64,000 bases of DNA from Candidatus Sulfotelmatobacter sp. (GTDB taxonomy: Bacteria > Acidobacteriota > Terriglobia > Terriglobales > Acidobacteriaceae): assembly GCA_035308125.1 (NCBI GenBank), contig DATGHF010000007.1, positions 12,863-76,862 on the forward strand. The letters run 5' to 3'. The translations under genes were made by a program, and so were the position numbers. Each line of letters opens with the position of its first letter. Positions within the stretch are counted from its first letter, which is position 1. Of this stretch, positions 18,276-27,954 are shown piece after piece. Under the pieces are notes generated by a model that was not told where the DNA came from, did no database searches, and saw only the letters and a list, made by a program, of their open reading frames with translations.

Positions 18276-21092
18276 TTAGAAGTTTTCCAACAGCATCACA
18301 TCTTCTAAATATGTTCGCTTCGTGAGGGCGAGGAATCGGCCATCCGGCGAAGGCACAATTCCTCCGATCCACGCCGACCCCGCCGGCATTTCCTGTAAGA
18401 TTTTCGGGTTGCCGTTTGGATCAATGGAAATAAGCGCAACAGACGACGTGTTTTGCGCCTCCGCGAACAGGGTCTTCCCGTCCGCAGCCCATTCGATCAG
18501 GGATAAGAAATTCCACTTCCAGTCACGAACAGTCAGTACCGCGACTTTTCGGTCCGCCACACTCAGCATCCGAACCTCACCTTTTTGTTCTACAGGATCC
18601 ACGATCGCGATTTTGCTACCATCCGGTGACAGATCCCAGCGCGGGTCCGTCTTATATCCCGAAATCCGGGCTATCTCCTCTCCCTTACCTCTCACCGGAT
18701 CAAGATGGGAAAATATCAGGTCTTGACCTTTAAGGACTGCCACAACACAGGAGGATGAAGGCGAGGTGGCGCAGGCATAGGTATACAAACCCGTCATGAG
18801 AGTGGAGCGCGCGCCACCGTGTTCTGGCGTGCTCATCAGACGATAGTTAGTCGTTGATGATGCCGATCTCGCCGTGTACACAACATCTCCTTGAGCACTC
18901 AGTCTGGGGTTGAGGTAGCTCTCCGGCCCTGCAATCAAAGTCTCAGGGGAATGCGAATCAAGTCTTTGCTCATAGATAGCCCACCTCCCATTTCGTTGAG
19001 AAGTGAACAGAATTGCCTTGCTGTCGTTTGTCCAGTCCGTGGCCCAGTTGTACCAATCGTCCAGGGTGAAACGTCGCGTAGTAAACTCCTTGTTTCCGGT
19101 TGCGAGATCGGCAATGTATACGCCGGACGCCACGCGCACCCTGGCCGCAATGAGGCGCTTGCCATCGGCACTCGCCTGCGGGTCCATCGCCGCGAAATTC
19201 TTCCAACCGCCGACGCGTGTCGAGCCTCCGGTTACCCTGCCACCGGCTGGCTCCGCTCTGACTGCCCAGAGATCAGACTCGGCTGATGCCGAACGTTTCG
19301 AGTAGATGATGCGCCCATCGGGCAGCCAGGCGAGGCTGGCTTCTGCGTCATCGTTCAGGAGGTCCGACCCGGATAACACAGCTGTGGGTGTGCCGCCTGA
19401 CAGATCGCAGGTCTCGATGGCGCCATTACCCACACCCTCTGCGTCCTTGCCCCGCAGATAGGCAAGACGCTGCCCGGTCGGCGACCATGCAATGGCCAGT
19501 AGAAAGGCCTGTGCGGGAAGCGCGAGAATCTTGTGCGGTTCCTCGCCGTCGGCCCCCATCAGCCACAACTCCCCGCCTTGCCCCTTAATAAAAGCAATGT
19601 GCGACCCGTCCGGCGATACTGTTGCCTTCCACGCATGGCCAGTCCATAGCTTTCGCAGGCTTGAATCCCACGTGGACATTTTCCACAAATCGCCGCCTTC
19701 GAGCAGCAGATGGGCTCCGTCCGGGAACCAGTCGAACACACTGTACAGCGCGGGCAATGGTAGCTGGCGAAGCTCCCCTCCGTCGATCGCAAGCAGGTTC
19801 AGCTTCTTGGAGAAGTCGGTATAGGCGAGATACTTGCCGTCACGGGAGATAGCGGCGGAGTTTACGGTGTTCTCCGGCGGGTTGGCTGTCAGTTGCCGCT
19901 CCACCAGTTCACGCTTTGGTTCGGGATGCGGGAGGATACGAAAGCGAAGCACGAGCACGCCAACAGCCGCGATTGCCAAGACGGCGGCAACCGGCCAGAG
20001 CTTAGATATCTTCCTGGACTGCCGATTTGACAATGCTGCAGGGTTGCTGGAGGTCTCCGACAGCGCATCCAGCGCAAACGCCAAATCGGAAGCCGACTGG
20101 AACCGCTGCTCCTGGTTCTTTTCCAGGCAACGATGCACCACCCGCTGCAGCGCCGGCGCGATATTCGCTGTGACCTGCGATATGCCCGGCGGGTCTTCGT
20201 TCAGGATCGCCGTCATCGTCTCCGGCGAAGTCGGCCTCTGAAACGCCCGCTTGCCCGCCAGCATTTCGTACAGGATCGCGCCGAAGGCAAAGATGTCCGC
20301 CCGATGGTCGGCCTTCTGTCCCCGCACCTGCTCCGGCGACATGTAGCCCACCGTGCCCATCACTACGCCCGCTTCCGTCCCCTCGGTGAACGTCGGTGCG
20401 CTGTTCTCCGAACTCGGCTGCGGTTGCGTCAGCTTCGCCAGCCCGAAGTCCAGAATCTTCACGTGTCCGTCTCTCGTGACGAACAGGTTCTCCGGCTTCA
20501 GGTCGCGATGGACGATCCCCTTCTCATGTGCCGCCGCCAGACCCCTGGTGATCTGCACCCCGTGATCAATCGACTTACGCACCGACAAACGGCCGCGCTT
20601 GATCTGCTCGCGCAGCGTTTCTCCCTCCAGCAACTCCGACACCAGATACGGCGCACCTTCATACGTGCCCATCTGAAACACGGCCAAAATGTTGGGATGG
20701 TTCAGTGCCGCCGCCGCTCGCGCCTCCTGCTCGAAGCGCCGCAGACGCTCGGAATCAGCCGAGAGTGAAGCTGGCAGGACCTTGATCGCCACATCCCGCC
20801 CCAACCGCGAATCGCGGGCCCGATACACCTCGCCCATGCCGCCGGAACCCAGCAGCGACTTGACCTCATACTCTCCCAGTTTGGTTCCGGACGCGAGCGT
20901 TAGTCGCGACGCGGAGGATTGCAGAAAATTGGAGCGCACGTCATCGCTGGAAGCGAGCAGGGTTTCGACTTCCTGTCGCAAGGATGGATCAGACGAGCAG
21001 GCCCGCTCCAGAAACGCGGACCGCTCCCCCGGCGCCAGTTCCAGCGCCTTCTCCAGTAAATCGCGAATCTGTTGCCAACGCTCGGGAGTCAT
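18276..21092 (-). CDS. Ser/Thr protein kinase with TM segment and C-terminal TolB-like beta-propeller
   Basis: Kinase motifs GSGGMGEVYRA, VAIK, HRDLKPEN and DFGLA. There is a TM helix (LWPVAAVLAIAAVGVLVL). The C-terminal repeats contain the SPDG/DG motifs typical of TolB/WD40-like blades. Confidence 0.9.
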   Translation of the reverse strand: MTPERWQQIRDLLEKALELAPGERSAFLERACSSDPSLRQEVETLLASSDDVRSNFLQSSASRLTLASGTKLGEYEVKSLLGSGGMGEVYRARDSRLGRDVAIKVLPASLSADSERLRRFEQEARAAAALNHPNILAVFQMGTYEGAPYLVSELLEGETLREQIKRGRLSVRKSIDHGVQITRGLAAAHEKGIVHRDLKPENLFVTRDGHVKILDFGLAKLTQPQPSSENSAPTFTEGTEAGVVMGTVGYMSPEQVRGQKADHRADIFAFGAILYEMLAGKRAFQRPTSPETMTAILNEDPPGISQVTANIAPALQRVVHRCLEKNQEQRFQSASDLAFALDALSETSSNPAALSNRQSRKISKLWPVAAVLAIAAVGVLVLRFRILPHPEPKRELVERQLTANPPENTVNSAAISRDGKYLAYTDFSKKLNLLAIDGGELRQLPLPALYSVFDWFPDGAHLLLEGGDLWKMSTWDSSLRKLWTGHAWKATVSPDGSHIAFIKGQGGELWLMGADGEEPHKILALPAQAFLLAIAWSPTGQRLAYLRGKDAEGVGNGAIETCDLSGGTPTAVLSGSDLLNDDAEASLAWLPDGRIIYSKRSASAESDLWAVRAEPAGGRVTGGSTRVGGWKNFAAMDPQASADGKRLIAARVRVASGVYIADLATGNKEFTTRRFTLDDWYNWATDWTNDSKAILFTSQRNGRWAIYEQRLDSHSPETLIAGPESYLNPRLSAQGDVVYTARSASSTTNYRLMSTPEHGGARSTLMTGLYTYACATSPSSSCVVAVLKGQDLIFSHLDPVRGKGEEIARISGYKTDPRWDLSPDGSKIAIVDPVEQKGEVRMLSVADRKVAVLTVRDWKWNFLSLIEWAADGKTLFAEAQNTSSVALISIDPNGNPKILQEMPAGSAWIGGIVPSPDGRFLALTKRTYLEDVMLLENF

Positions 21093-21352
21093 GCCCGGCC
21101 AGCTTTCGCGACGGGTTGGGACCGCGTGGACACTGGGTAGACATCGTAGGTGGAGATGAAGGGCCAGTCAATGAAACCTCGAATCAGCGCCGGCCTCAAG
21201 GATTGTCGTTGAGAATCGCCATTTTCGCTCATTGACAGGCCCCCGGCTGATCACTGTCGTTGCGTGTCGCCCGCAATCTCACCAATCTCGCCGACCCGTT
21301 CCGCGAACTCGCACCAACTTGGGCGATCCCGCGCTTTTTGCTATCGTGCTGC

Positions 21353-22744
21353 ATGCCCTCGGAGCCCGCACCTCAGCAAATTCGGCACCCGCCCCAAATT
21401 CACCCGCCACAAATTCACGAAGAAGGCCTTCGCCACCAGCTCAGCGCGGGACAAATGGCCATGATCGCCGTCGGCGGATCCATCGGCACGGGCCTGCTGC
21501 TCGGCTCCGGCGCCGCCATGGAGATTGCCGGCCCCGCCGCCATCCTTAGCTTTCTTGCCGCCGCCTTTATCAGCTGGACCGTCGCCATGGCGCTTGGCGA
21601 ACTGGCCTGCGCTCATCCCGCGGCCGGATCGTTCGGCGTCTACGGCAGTCTCTACCTCGGCCCGTTCGCCGGATTCATCGCCCGCGCGGGCTACTGGATG
21701 GGCATGGCCTTGAACATCGGCGCGGAAATGGTCGCCGCCGCCACCTACATGGCCTACTGGTTTCCGTCGGTGCGCGCCTATTTATGGATTCTGGCTTTCT
21801 CCACGCTGCTGCTTGCCGTCAATCTGCGCAGCGTGGCCTCTTACGGACGCTTCGAGTTCTGGTTCTCCATGGTCAAAGTTTTAACCATCGTGGCCTTTAT
21901 CGTGATCGGCGCCCTGCTCCTGTTCAGCGGCCACGTGGCGCCGCAATACCGCGCCCACGGAGGACTGCTCCCCAATGGCCCACTCTCCCCGCTCCTCGCC
22001 ATGACCTTCGCCGTCTACAGCTTCGGAGGCGTCGAAATGGTCGCGGTCACCACCGGCGAGTCGCGCTCCGCCAAAAACACTCCCCGCGCCGTCTGGCTCA
22101 CGTTTGTAATATTGACGTTCGTCTATCTTGGCGCCATCGTCGTCCTGCTCGGCGTCATGCCCTGGAACCACGCCGGAGTCACCGAGAGTCCGTTCGTCAC
22201 CGTCTTCCGCATCGCCAAGATTCCCCGCGCTCCCGGAGTGATGAACTTCGTCGTACTCTCCGCCGCGCTCTCCGGCGCCAACGCCGCGCTCTATGTCGGC
22301 TCCCGCATGCTGTTCTCTCTCTCCCGCACCGGATGGGCCCCCGCCAACCTCGGCCGCGTCAACCACTCCGGCTCGCCGCAGTTCGCCGTGCTGGTTTCTT
22401 CCTTCGGAATTCTGGTGGCACTGGCGCTCGCTCTCTGGGCTCCGCAGAATGCATTCCGTTACCTGATCGGCGCCGCCTTCACCGGAATGATCCTCTCCTG
22501 GCTGGTCTCCCTCGCAGCCCACATCAGCTTTCGAAGCCGCCAGTCCCCAGAACAAATCGCCGCCCTGCCCCTGCGTTCTCCGCTCGGCAAATGGGGATCA
22601 CCGCTAGGCTTCGCCCTGGTAACCATCGCCACCATCCAGACCTGGCTCTCTCCCCTCGTGAACCTGTGGAGCGGGCTCGCATGCCTATCCCTGCTGGTGG
22701 TGGCCTATTTCATGATCAAGCCTCTCGCGAAACCCGAACTGTAA
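21353..22744 (+). CDS. Amino acid permease (APC superfamily)
   Basis: Contains MIAVGGSIGTGLLLGSG...AGSFGVYG and has 12-TM character. Start taken at MPSEPAPQQ. Confidence 0.85.
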   Translation: MPSEPAPQQIRHPPQIHPPQIHEEGLRHQLSAGQMAMIAVGGSIGTGLLLGSGAAMEIAGPAAILSFLAAAFISWTVAMALGELACAHPAAGSFGVYGSLYLGPFAGFIARAGYWMGMALNIGAEMVAAATYMAYWFPSVRAYLWILAFSTLLLAVNLRSVASYGRFEFWFSMVKVLTIVAFIVIGALLLFSGHVAPQYRAHGGLLPNGPLSPLLAMTFAVYSFGGVEMVAVTTGESRSAKNTPRAVWLTFVILTFVYLGAIVVLLGVMPWNHAGVTESPFVTVFRIAKIPRAPGVMNFVVLSAALSGANAALYVGSRMLFSLSRTGWAPANLGRVNHSGSPQFAVLVSSFGILVALALALWAPQNAFRYLIGAAFTGMILSWLVSLAAHISFRSRQSPEQIAALPLRSPLGKWGSPLGFALVTIATIQTWLSPLVNLWSGLACLSLLVVAYFMIKPLAKPEL

Positions 22745-23127
22745 GATTGTCCGTGCCCACGGGGGACCGTCGCAGCCGGGTGCGCCCTTTCTCGCGTCAT
22801 TTGCGAGAAGTGGGCTTTTCGCGGTGGACGACCCCGGCGATCGCCGGGACGAACGCCGCCCTTCAAGTCCCAATCACAAACATCGGTGATGCAAATCACA
22901 CAGCTCTGTGCGAATTCCCCCACCTGGAGCAGTTTTCGTAGTCTCAGCCCAGTCAGGACCAATCCAGCACATCGAGCCTAACCCCTTTCCTTCCCTCACA
23001 TAGCACGATCCTGTGCAAGTCCCGCCTCCCCGAAAGGGCTTGGCTCCCAACGTGCCCTTACCTAATCCGTTGGGCATGAGCAACCATCTGGGGTTTGCCC
23101 CAAGGCTCCTGCCCCGGGAGGTTCCCA

Positions 23128-23844
23128 ATGCGTGCTCCTTACGGCCTCACCATTCTCGATCACTGCCAGACCTGCCCGGTGCGGGACCAGCACCTGTTCT
23201 GCAATCTTTCCCCTCAAGCCGTGCAGCACCTCAACGAAATCAAGTCCACGGCCGTTTATCCCAAGGGAACCATGCTCTTCATCGAAGGCCAGCAGGCGCG
23301 CGGCGTCTTTGTGCTGTGCGCGGGCAAGGCGAAACTTTCCACTTCTTCCCGCGAAGGCAAAACCATCATCACCAAGATTTCCGACCACGGAGACGTCCTC
23401 GGCCTCAACGCCGTCATCTCTAATCGTCCCTACGAAGTCACCGCCGAAATGATGGAGCCCGGGCAAGCCAATTTCATCCCGCGCGACTCGTTTATGAAAT
23501 TTCTCAAGGACCACGCTGAAGTGGCCGCACGCGTTTACGAACAATTGAGCCGCAACTACTACACCGCCTACGAAGAGATTCGCACGCTCGGCCTGGCTGC
23601 CTCGCCGGCAGAAAAATTCGCCAAGCTGCTTCTTTCCTGGACCACCACAACCTCGCAAACCGACGGCTCCTCCCAGTTCAAGCTCACGCTCACTCACGAA
23701 GAAATCGCCGAAACCATCGGCACCACCCGCGAAACCGTCAGCCGCCTCTTCTCCGAATTCAAGAAGAAGCAGTTCGTTATGCTGAAAGGCTCAACCCTCG
23801 TGATCCGCAGCCGCCCCTCGCTGGAAAAAATCGTCCAGTCCTGA
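23128..23844 (+). CDS. Crp/Fnr-family transcriptional regulator
   Basis: GGAGG SD. The protein has a cNMP-binding-like beta-barrel and the C-terminal HTH LTHEEIAETIGTTRETVSRLFSEF. An N-terminal HCQTCPVRDQHLFC Cys motif is present. Confidence 0.88.
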   Translation: MRAPYGLTILDHCQTCPVRDQHLFCNLSPQAVQHLNEIKSTAVYPKGTMLFIEGQQARGVFVLCAGKAKLSTSSREGKTIITKISDHGDVLGLNAVISNRPYEVTAEMMEPGQANFIPRDSFMKFLKDHAEVAARVYEQLSRNYYTAYEEIRTLGLAASPAEKFAKLLLSWTTTTSQTDGSSQFKLTLTHEEIAETIGTTRETVSRLFSEFKKKQFVMLKGSTLVIRSRPSLEKIVQS

Positions 23845-23858
23845 TTCGTACTCCCGTT

Positions 23859-23881
23859 GGGACAGCCGCCTCGGCTATTCC
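23859..23881 (+). repeat. GGGACAGCCG-CCT-CGGCT(G/A)T(C/T)CC hairpin element (degenerate copy)
   Basis: Read directly, 15 nt after the regulator stop. Related copies lie at 25231-25253 and 31697-31722. Confidence 0.6.
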
Positions 23882-24298
23882 GCAGTGCGAATGTGGCGCG
23901 GGGCCCTCTTGCCCGCGCAATGCCGGCGCTGGCTCAACCGACCAGCGTAAGCCAGCCCACTCCCGGTTAAGACTGCCGCGCGTGCCCTTCCCTTCAAGGT
24001 CCGGCAACCCGTTTCGAATGCCCGCCGGTTTCACCCCCCACTCCTCCAAAACACCTCAAAAATAGCCTCTTTCGGAGCGATTTTCTTCTCCGAAATCCCG
24101 CCATTCGGCGCTACAATGGTCGCGCGCAACATTCGCGCTCAACATGCGCACACAACATGCGCGGGTTTACCGGTTGACGCCGCGCGCGGTAGAGAAAGAA
24201 TCCCGTTTCCCAGGTTGGATGTTTCTGGCTTCCCCGCCACGTGCCTCGAGCCGTGGTCATCAGTTCGAGTAGCCTCAGGTTCCCATGAAGGAGATGTT

Positions 24299-25171
24299 AT
24301 GAAGAATCGCTTGTTCGTCGCGCTGGTCCTGTCTACAGCGTTTGCGCTTGCCGCGCTTGCGCAGCAAGCCACCTCGGATGCGACCCAGCAGCCCGCGGCG
24401 GCGGCGCAAACCGCTCCCGCTTCGCAGTCCATGGCTTCGCAGTCGACGCCTTCGCAGTCGATGACCACGCCTGATCTCGAGCCGTTAACGGCTCCCAAGC
24501 CCCCCGACTTCTGGGACGGCGATGAGCCCAGCGTGGCCTCGCTCCTGATGCATCCGTTTGCCACCAAGGCATATGTCCGGCGGCACGTTCAGCCCATCCG
24601 CGACCGGCTGGAAGAACTGGACGAGATCACCGCCTCCGACAAGAAAACGATTCGCGACATCGACGCCCGCGCCCAGCACGGCCTTCAGTTGGCTTCCGAA
24701 AAAACCAGCCTGGCCGATCAGCACGCCACCGACGCCGCCAACAAGGCTCAGATCGCCCAGCAGACGGCTGCCACGCTCAACACTCGCGTCTCCGCCGACG
24801 AAACCGAAATCCGCAACGTCGACCAGTACAAATCCGGCGCGCAGACTGAGATTCGTTTCCGTCCCGGCCAGACCGTGCTGAGCAAGCAAGCCAAGGACGC
24901 GCTCGATGAGATCGCCGCCCAGCTCAAGAGTCAGCGCGGCTACATCCTCGAAGTGCAGGGATTCTCCTCCGGCCACGGCCAGGCCGCCATCGCCAACTCC
25001 CGCAAAATGGCGGACGCGGTGGTCCGTTACATGGTACTGAACCATGAGATTCCGGCCTACCGCATGTATGTGCTCGGCCTGGGCAACGCCTCGGAGGAAA
25101 AACACACCAGCGGCACGCGCGTAGAAGTCAGCGTGCTGAAAAACGACCTGGCGCAGACTGCCCAGCAGTAA
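24299..25171 (+). CDS. OmpA-family protein with signal peptide and coiled-coil middle region
   Basis: AAGGAG SD. The signal peptide is MKNRLFVALVLSTAFALAALAQQ. The C-terminal region YILEVQGFSSGHG...SRKMADAVVRYMV is OmpA_C-like. Confidence 0.75.
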   Translation: MKNRLFVALVLSTAFALAALAQQATSDATQQPAAAAQTAPASQSMASQSTPSQSMTTPDLEPLTAPKPPDFWDGDEPSVASLLMHPFATKAYVRRHVQPIRDRLEELDEITASDKKTIRDIDARAQHGLQLASEKTSLADQHATDAANKAQIAQQTAATLNTRVSADETEIRNVDQYKSGAQTEIRFRPGQTVLSKQAKDALDEIAAQLKSQRGYILEVQGFSSGHGQAAIANSRKMADAVVRYMVLNHEIPAYRMYVLGLGNASEEKHTSGTRVEVSVLKNDLAQTAQQ

Positions 25172-25230
25172 CTGCAAAACAACGACGCCGAAGAGTCGCG
25201 TTGGTCTTAAGTTTGAGAGATGCTCGTGTA

Positions 25231-25253
25231 GGGACAGCCGCCTCGGCTGTCCC
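25231..25253 (+). repeat. Perfect 10-bp-stem hairpin GGGACAGCCG-CCT-CGGCTGTCCC
   Basis: Read directly, 60 nt after the OmpA-like gene stop. Confidence 0.7.
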
Positions 25254-25850
25254 TAGGCAAAGCTCGGCGGGTTTTGCATTCGACACTGCAACTTGCTCTC
25301 CAATCCTAACCTTCGCACGATTCGTCCCACGCGCCGAAGAAATGACCCTTCCGTGATTGACGATTGACATTACCCGCCAATACCATTGCAGGCCGAGTCC
25401 CGACCCGCATGGCTCGCAACATGATCCGCAAAACGACGGCGAACTCGTCTCCCACTCTTTCTTCCGCTGCTTCACCTCTTTGGGTCTCCTGGCGATTGCC
25501 GTTCTCATTCTCGCATCCGTTCTGAGCCGCGCCCAGGACGCGACCGCCGAATCACCGGAACCATTTCCGATTCCACCGGCGCCAGCCTTGGCGTCGGCAT
25601 TAGCCCGCCTGACCTTTCAGGTGGGCGCTGAAACTCGAAAGTAGTTGAAACTCGGTGACGCATTTTCCCGCCCTCGCGCACTATAAGCAGTTGGCTTTCC
25701 GGAGCGGGCACCGGCGGATGCTCGTTCGGGTGGGACGCGGAAGAACTGGACAGACCTTCCCTCAAGAATAATTCCCGGATCAGTGAGCCAATCTCCCCGT
25801 TTTTCTCACTTATATAAGTTGAAAGTGATTCTCAACTGTAGGAGGTCACT

Positions 25851-26291
25851 ATGTTCCGCATCTGGGGTTGTGCCGTTGTGGCCATCGTTCTTCACTTTGC
25901 AGCACTATTTCCAGCAATCGCACAGCCGGGGCCATTTCTCGGCGACTCCGGCGCCAGCGGGTTGGACCCGTCGAATAGTTCGATCATGAAGATTGGCAAT
26001 GGGCTTTTCGACCCGAATCCGAGCCGCACGGGAACGACTGAGGCCCCACCGATCAGCTCGGCCCGCCGCGGAAATGGCTCTGCAATCGTGCTCTACGTTA
26101 CCGCCCTTGAGCTGGCATTAGCGGTTCTTTCGGCAGCCGCAGGCTGCTTGGTTCTTGTGGTTGCCGGGATCTGGGTCCGTATCGAAGATCGTCAGCGCTC
26201 TCGAACCCTGCAGCCAGTTCTACGACAACAACTGGCTTTGCACCCAGTCAGAAAGATTTCGGCGGTCCGTTCAAAAACGGCAAACAGCTAA
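25851..26291 (+). CDS. Hypothetical protein with N-terminal signal/TM and C-terminal TM
   Basis: AGGAGG SD 7 nt upstream. 146-aa ORF with no recognisable family. Confidence 0.5.
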   Translation: MFRIWGCAVVAIVLHFAALFPAIAQPGPFLGDSGASGLDPSNSSIMKIGNGLFDPNPSRTGTTEAPPISSARRGNGSAIVLYVTALELALAVLSAAAGCLVLVVAGIWVRIEDRQRSRTLQPVLRQQLALHPVRKISAVRSKTANS

Positions 26292-26475
26292 CGGTGGCCG
26301 AATTGGCCGGGAATTCCGGCGTTAGGCTCTGAGGATTCGCTCGCGTTCGGCGGCCGAGGATTTATGAGACAGCTTCCAGCTGTTCTGCGCCAGTGGCACG
26401 TTGGAGCCATTCCCACCAGAGACGGGAAATCGTAGTCTGTTGGTGAGCAGACTTCGGGGGAGGGCTGTTCAACGG

Positions 26476-26517
26476 GCGCCTCGTGACCCTAACCGGTCAC
26501 AGGCGCTTTCGTTTTTT
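26476..26517 (+). terminator. Intrinsic terminator-like hairpin followed by a T-tract
   Basis: GCGCCTCGTGACC...GGTCACAGGCGC followed by TTTCGTTTTTT, read directly. Confidence 0.5.
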
Positions 26518-26673
26518 CAGGCGTGGCTCCGGACCGACTTCCGGCACTGATACCGCGAAACTGCACACCGCCGGAGTCTGGATTCCCCGAAAGCCCTGCA
26601 AGTCCCGACCTCCGCCGTATCCAGTCCTCGCCTCGTCCCGCGCACCCAACTCCATCTCTCAGATCACCGACCC

Positions 26674-26748
26674 CAAAAAAAAATGACGCCGGAGTTTCCC
26701 GGCGCCATCGAGTGGAATACGACTCGCGAGATGCGGTCAGGCGAGAAG
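26674..26748 (-). repeat. Copy 1 of a 74/75-bp direct repeat containing a minus-strand intrinsic terminator
   Basis: Differs from 27824-27897 by only one A in the A-run and one G/A substitution. In minus-strand sense it reads GGCGCCGG-GAAACT-CCGGCGTC followed by T9. Confidence 0.85.
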
Positions 26749-26755
26749 TAAGGAA

Positions 26756-27634
26756 TTACAACGCTGCCATGAAGTAGGTGAGGATCGCACCGACTCCTGA
26801 TTTTGCGAGATCCTGCCATGAAAAACTGGCCTTGCTCTGCTTTTGGGTCGGGTCGGCCTTCGCCTGCTTGACCTTCTTTGTAAGGTTCGAGTCCGCTGCA
26901 ACTGCAAGAGAAACGCGCGACTCCTGCACCTCATGAGTCTTGGGATCCTCCAGAGTAAGAGCTAGGGAAGGAAGTTCCGTGCCGGTGCCGCCGAGAGCAG
27001 CGTACTTAAGGGCAACCTTAGGGTTTTGGGCTGTAGTCGACTCAGTCGAAACGGTACTGCTACCGAGCTGCCACTCCGCTTTCACAGTCTCGATGTCTAG
27101 ACCTGTGTCGACCGAAACGTTGAGAGCGTCCGAACTAAACTCTAGCTTAAAGGTTTTGAGCGCGGGCCGCGCAGGCGGAGTATAGCCCTTAAATATCCTC
27201 TGCTGAGGAGTGCCCCAGTCCATATCCGGGTCGTCGCTGGATTTGGCCCAGAGTGTAAGCGTGTATTGGCTATTCGGGTCGGCGCTTACCACGATGGGGA
27301 ACTTCGCCGTTCCTATGGCTTGAACTGATGAATTGCTGATCTCAGGAGGGATATCTACTATCCCAACAGAATTCACTACCGGCAGATTGCTTCCCACCTT
27401 CGGATCCTGTCTTTCAACTGACGCTGATAGAACATGCACATTCTGACCCAATATCTCTACGCTGATGCCTGCTGCTGACGTTGATACGCTTTGAATGTTA
27501 ATCATTGATTGATTCTGTGGCGGCTTTGGGGGATTCGCCTTGTGCGCGACGGCAACTTGGCCTTGGCCTAAAGCTCCTAATGTCAAGGCCAGAAACCCAC
27601 CTGCTGACAGAGCAATTAACCCGAGTCGAGTCAT
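26756..27634 (-). CDS. Hypothetical secreted protein (lower-GC cassette gene)
   Basis: ORF 26756..27643. The AGGAG directly abuts the first ATG, so the ATG at 27634 (MTRLGLIALSAGGFLALTLGALG signal) is the likelier start. No recognisable family. Confidence 0.6.
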   Translation of the reverse strand: MTRLGLIALSAGGFLALTLGALGQGQVAVAHKANPPKPPQNQSMINIQSVSTSAAGISVEILGQNVHVLSASVERQDPKVGSNLPVVNSVGIVDIPPEISNSSVQAIGTAKFPIVVSADPNSQYTLTLWAKSSDDPDMDWGTPQQRIFKGYTPPARPALKTFKLEFSSDALNVSVDTGLDIETVKAEWQLGSSTVSTESTTAQNPKVALKYAALGGTGTELPSLALTLEDPKTHEVQESRVSLAVAADSNLTKKVKQAKADPTQKQSKASFSWQDLAKSGVGAILTYFMAAL

Positions 27635-27823
27635 ATCGGTCATCTCCTAATCGTTTCCGCATTCGGCTTGTTGGTCACCATCCGCCGAGCGCGGAAGTAG
27701 ACTCGTCGGACGATCTTACCCCCTCAGCTAAACGCGGCATCGTAAGTCAGCCCAATATCAAAGTCAAGAACGTGGTCCGGGCTCTTTTTTAAGAGCAAAT
27801 CCAAGAGCATCAAGGAAGGGCCG

Positions 27824-27897
27824 CAAAAAAAATGGCGCCGGAGTTTCCCGGCGCCATCGAGTGGAATACGACTCGCGAGATGCGGTCAGGCGAGAAG
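27824..27897 (-). repeat. Copy 2 of the 74/75-bp direct repeat with a minus-strand intrinsic terminator
   Basis: Perfect 8-bp stem GGCGCCGG/CCGGCGCC followed by T8 in minus-strand sense, about 60 nt after the AAA+ gene stop. Confidence 0.85.
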
Positions 27898-27954
27898 AAA
27901 ATTGTCTTTGTTCCAAGCCAATGGCCAAGAGCTAAGAGCCAAAAGCTAAAACCT

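Noticed and set aside
25357-25644. 95-aa ORF with a signal-peptide-like stretch (GLLAIAVLILASVLSRAQD), possibly joined by a frameshift to an upstream MARNMIRKTTANSS... start in another frame
   Set aside because: It has no in-frame ATG/GTG with an SD, the mature part is very short, and I recognise no homology. It may be a decayed gene remnant, but I cannot support calling it a feature.
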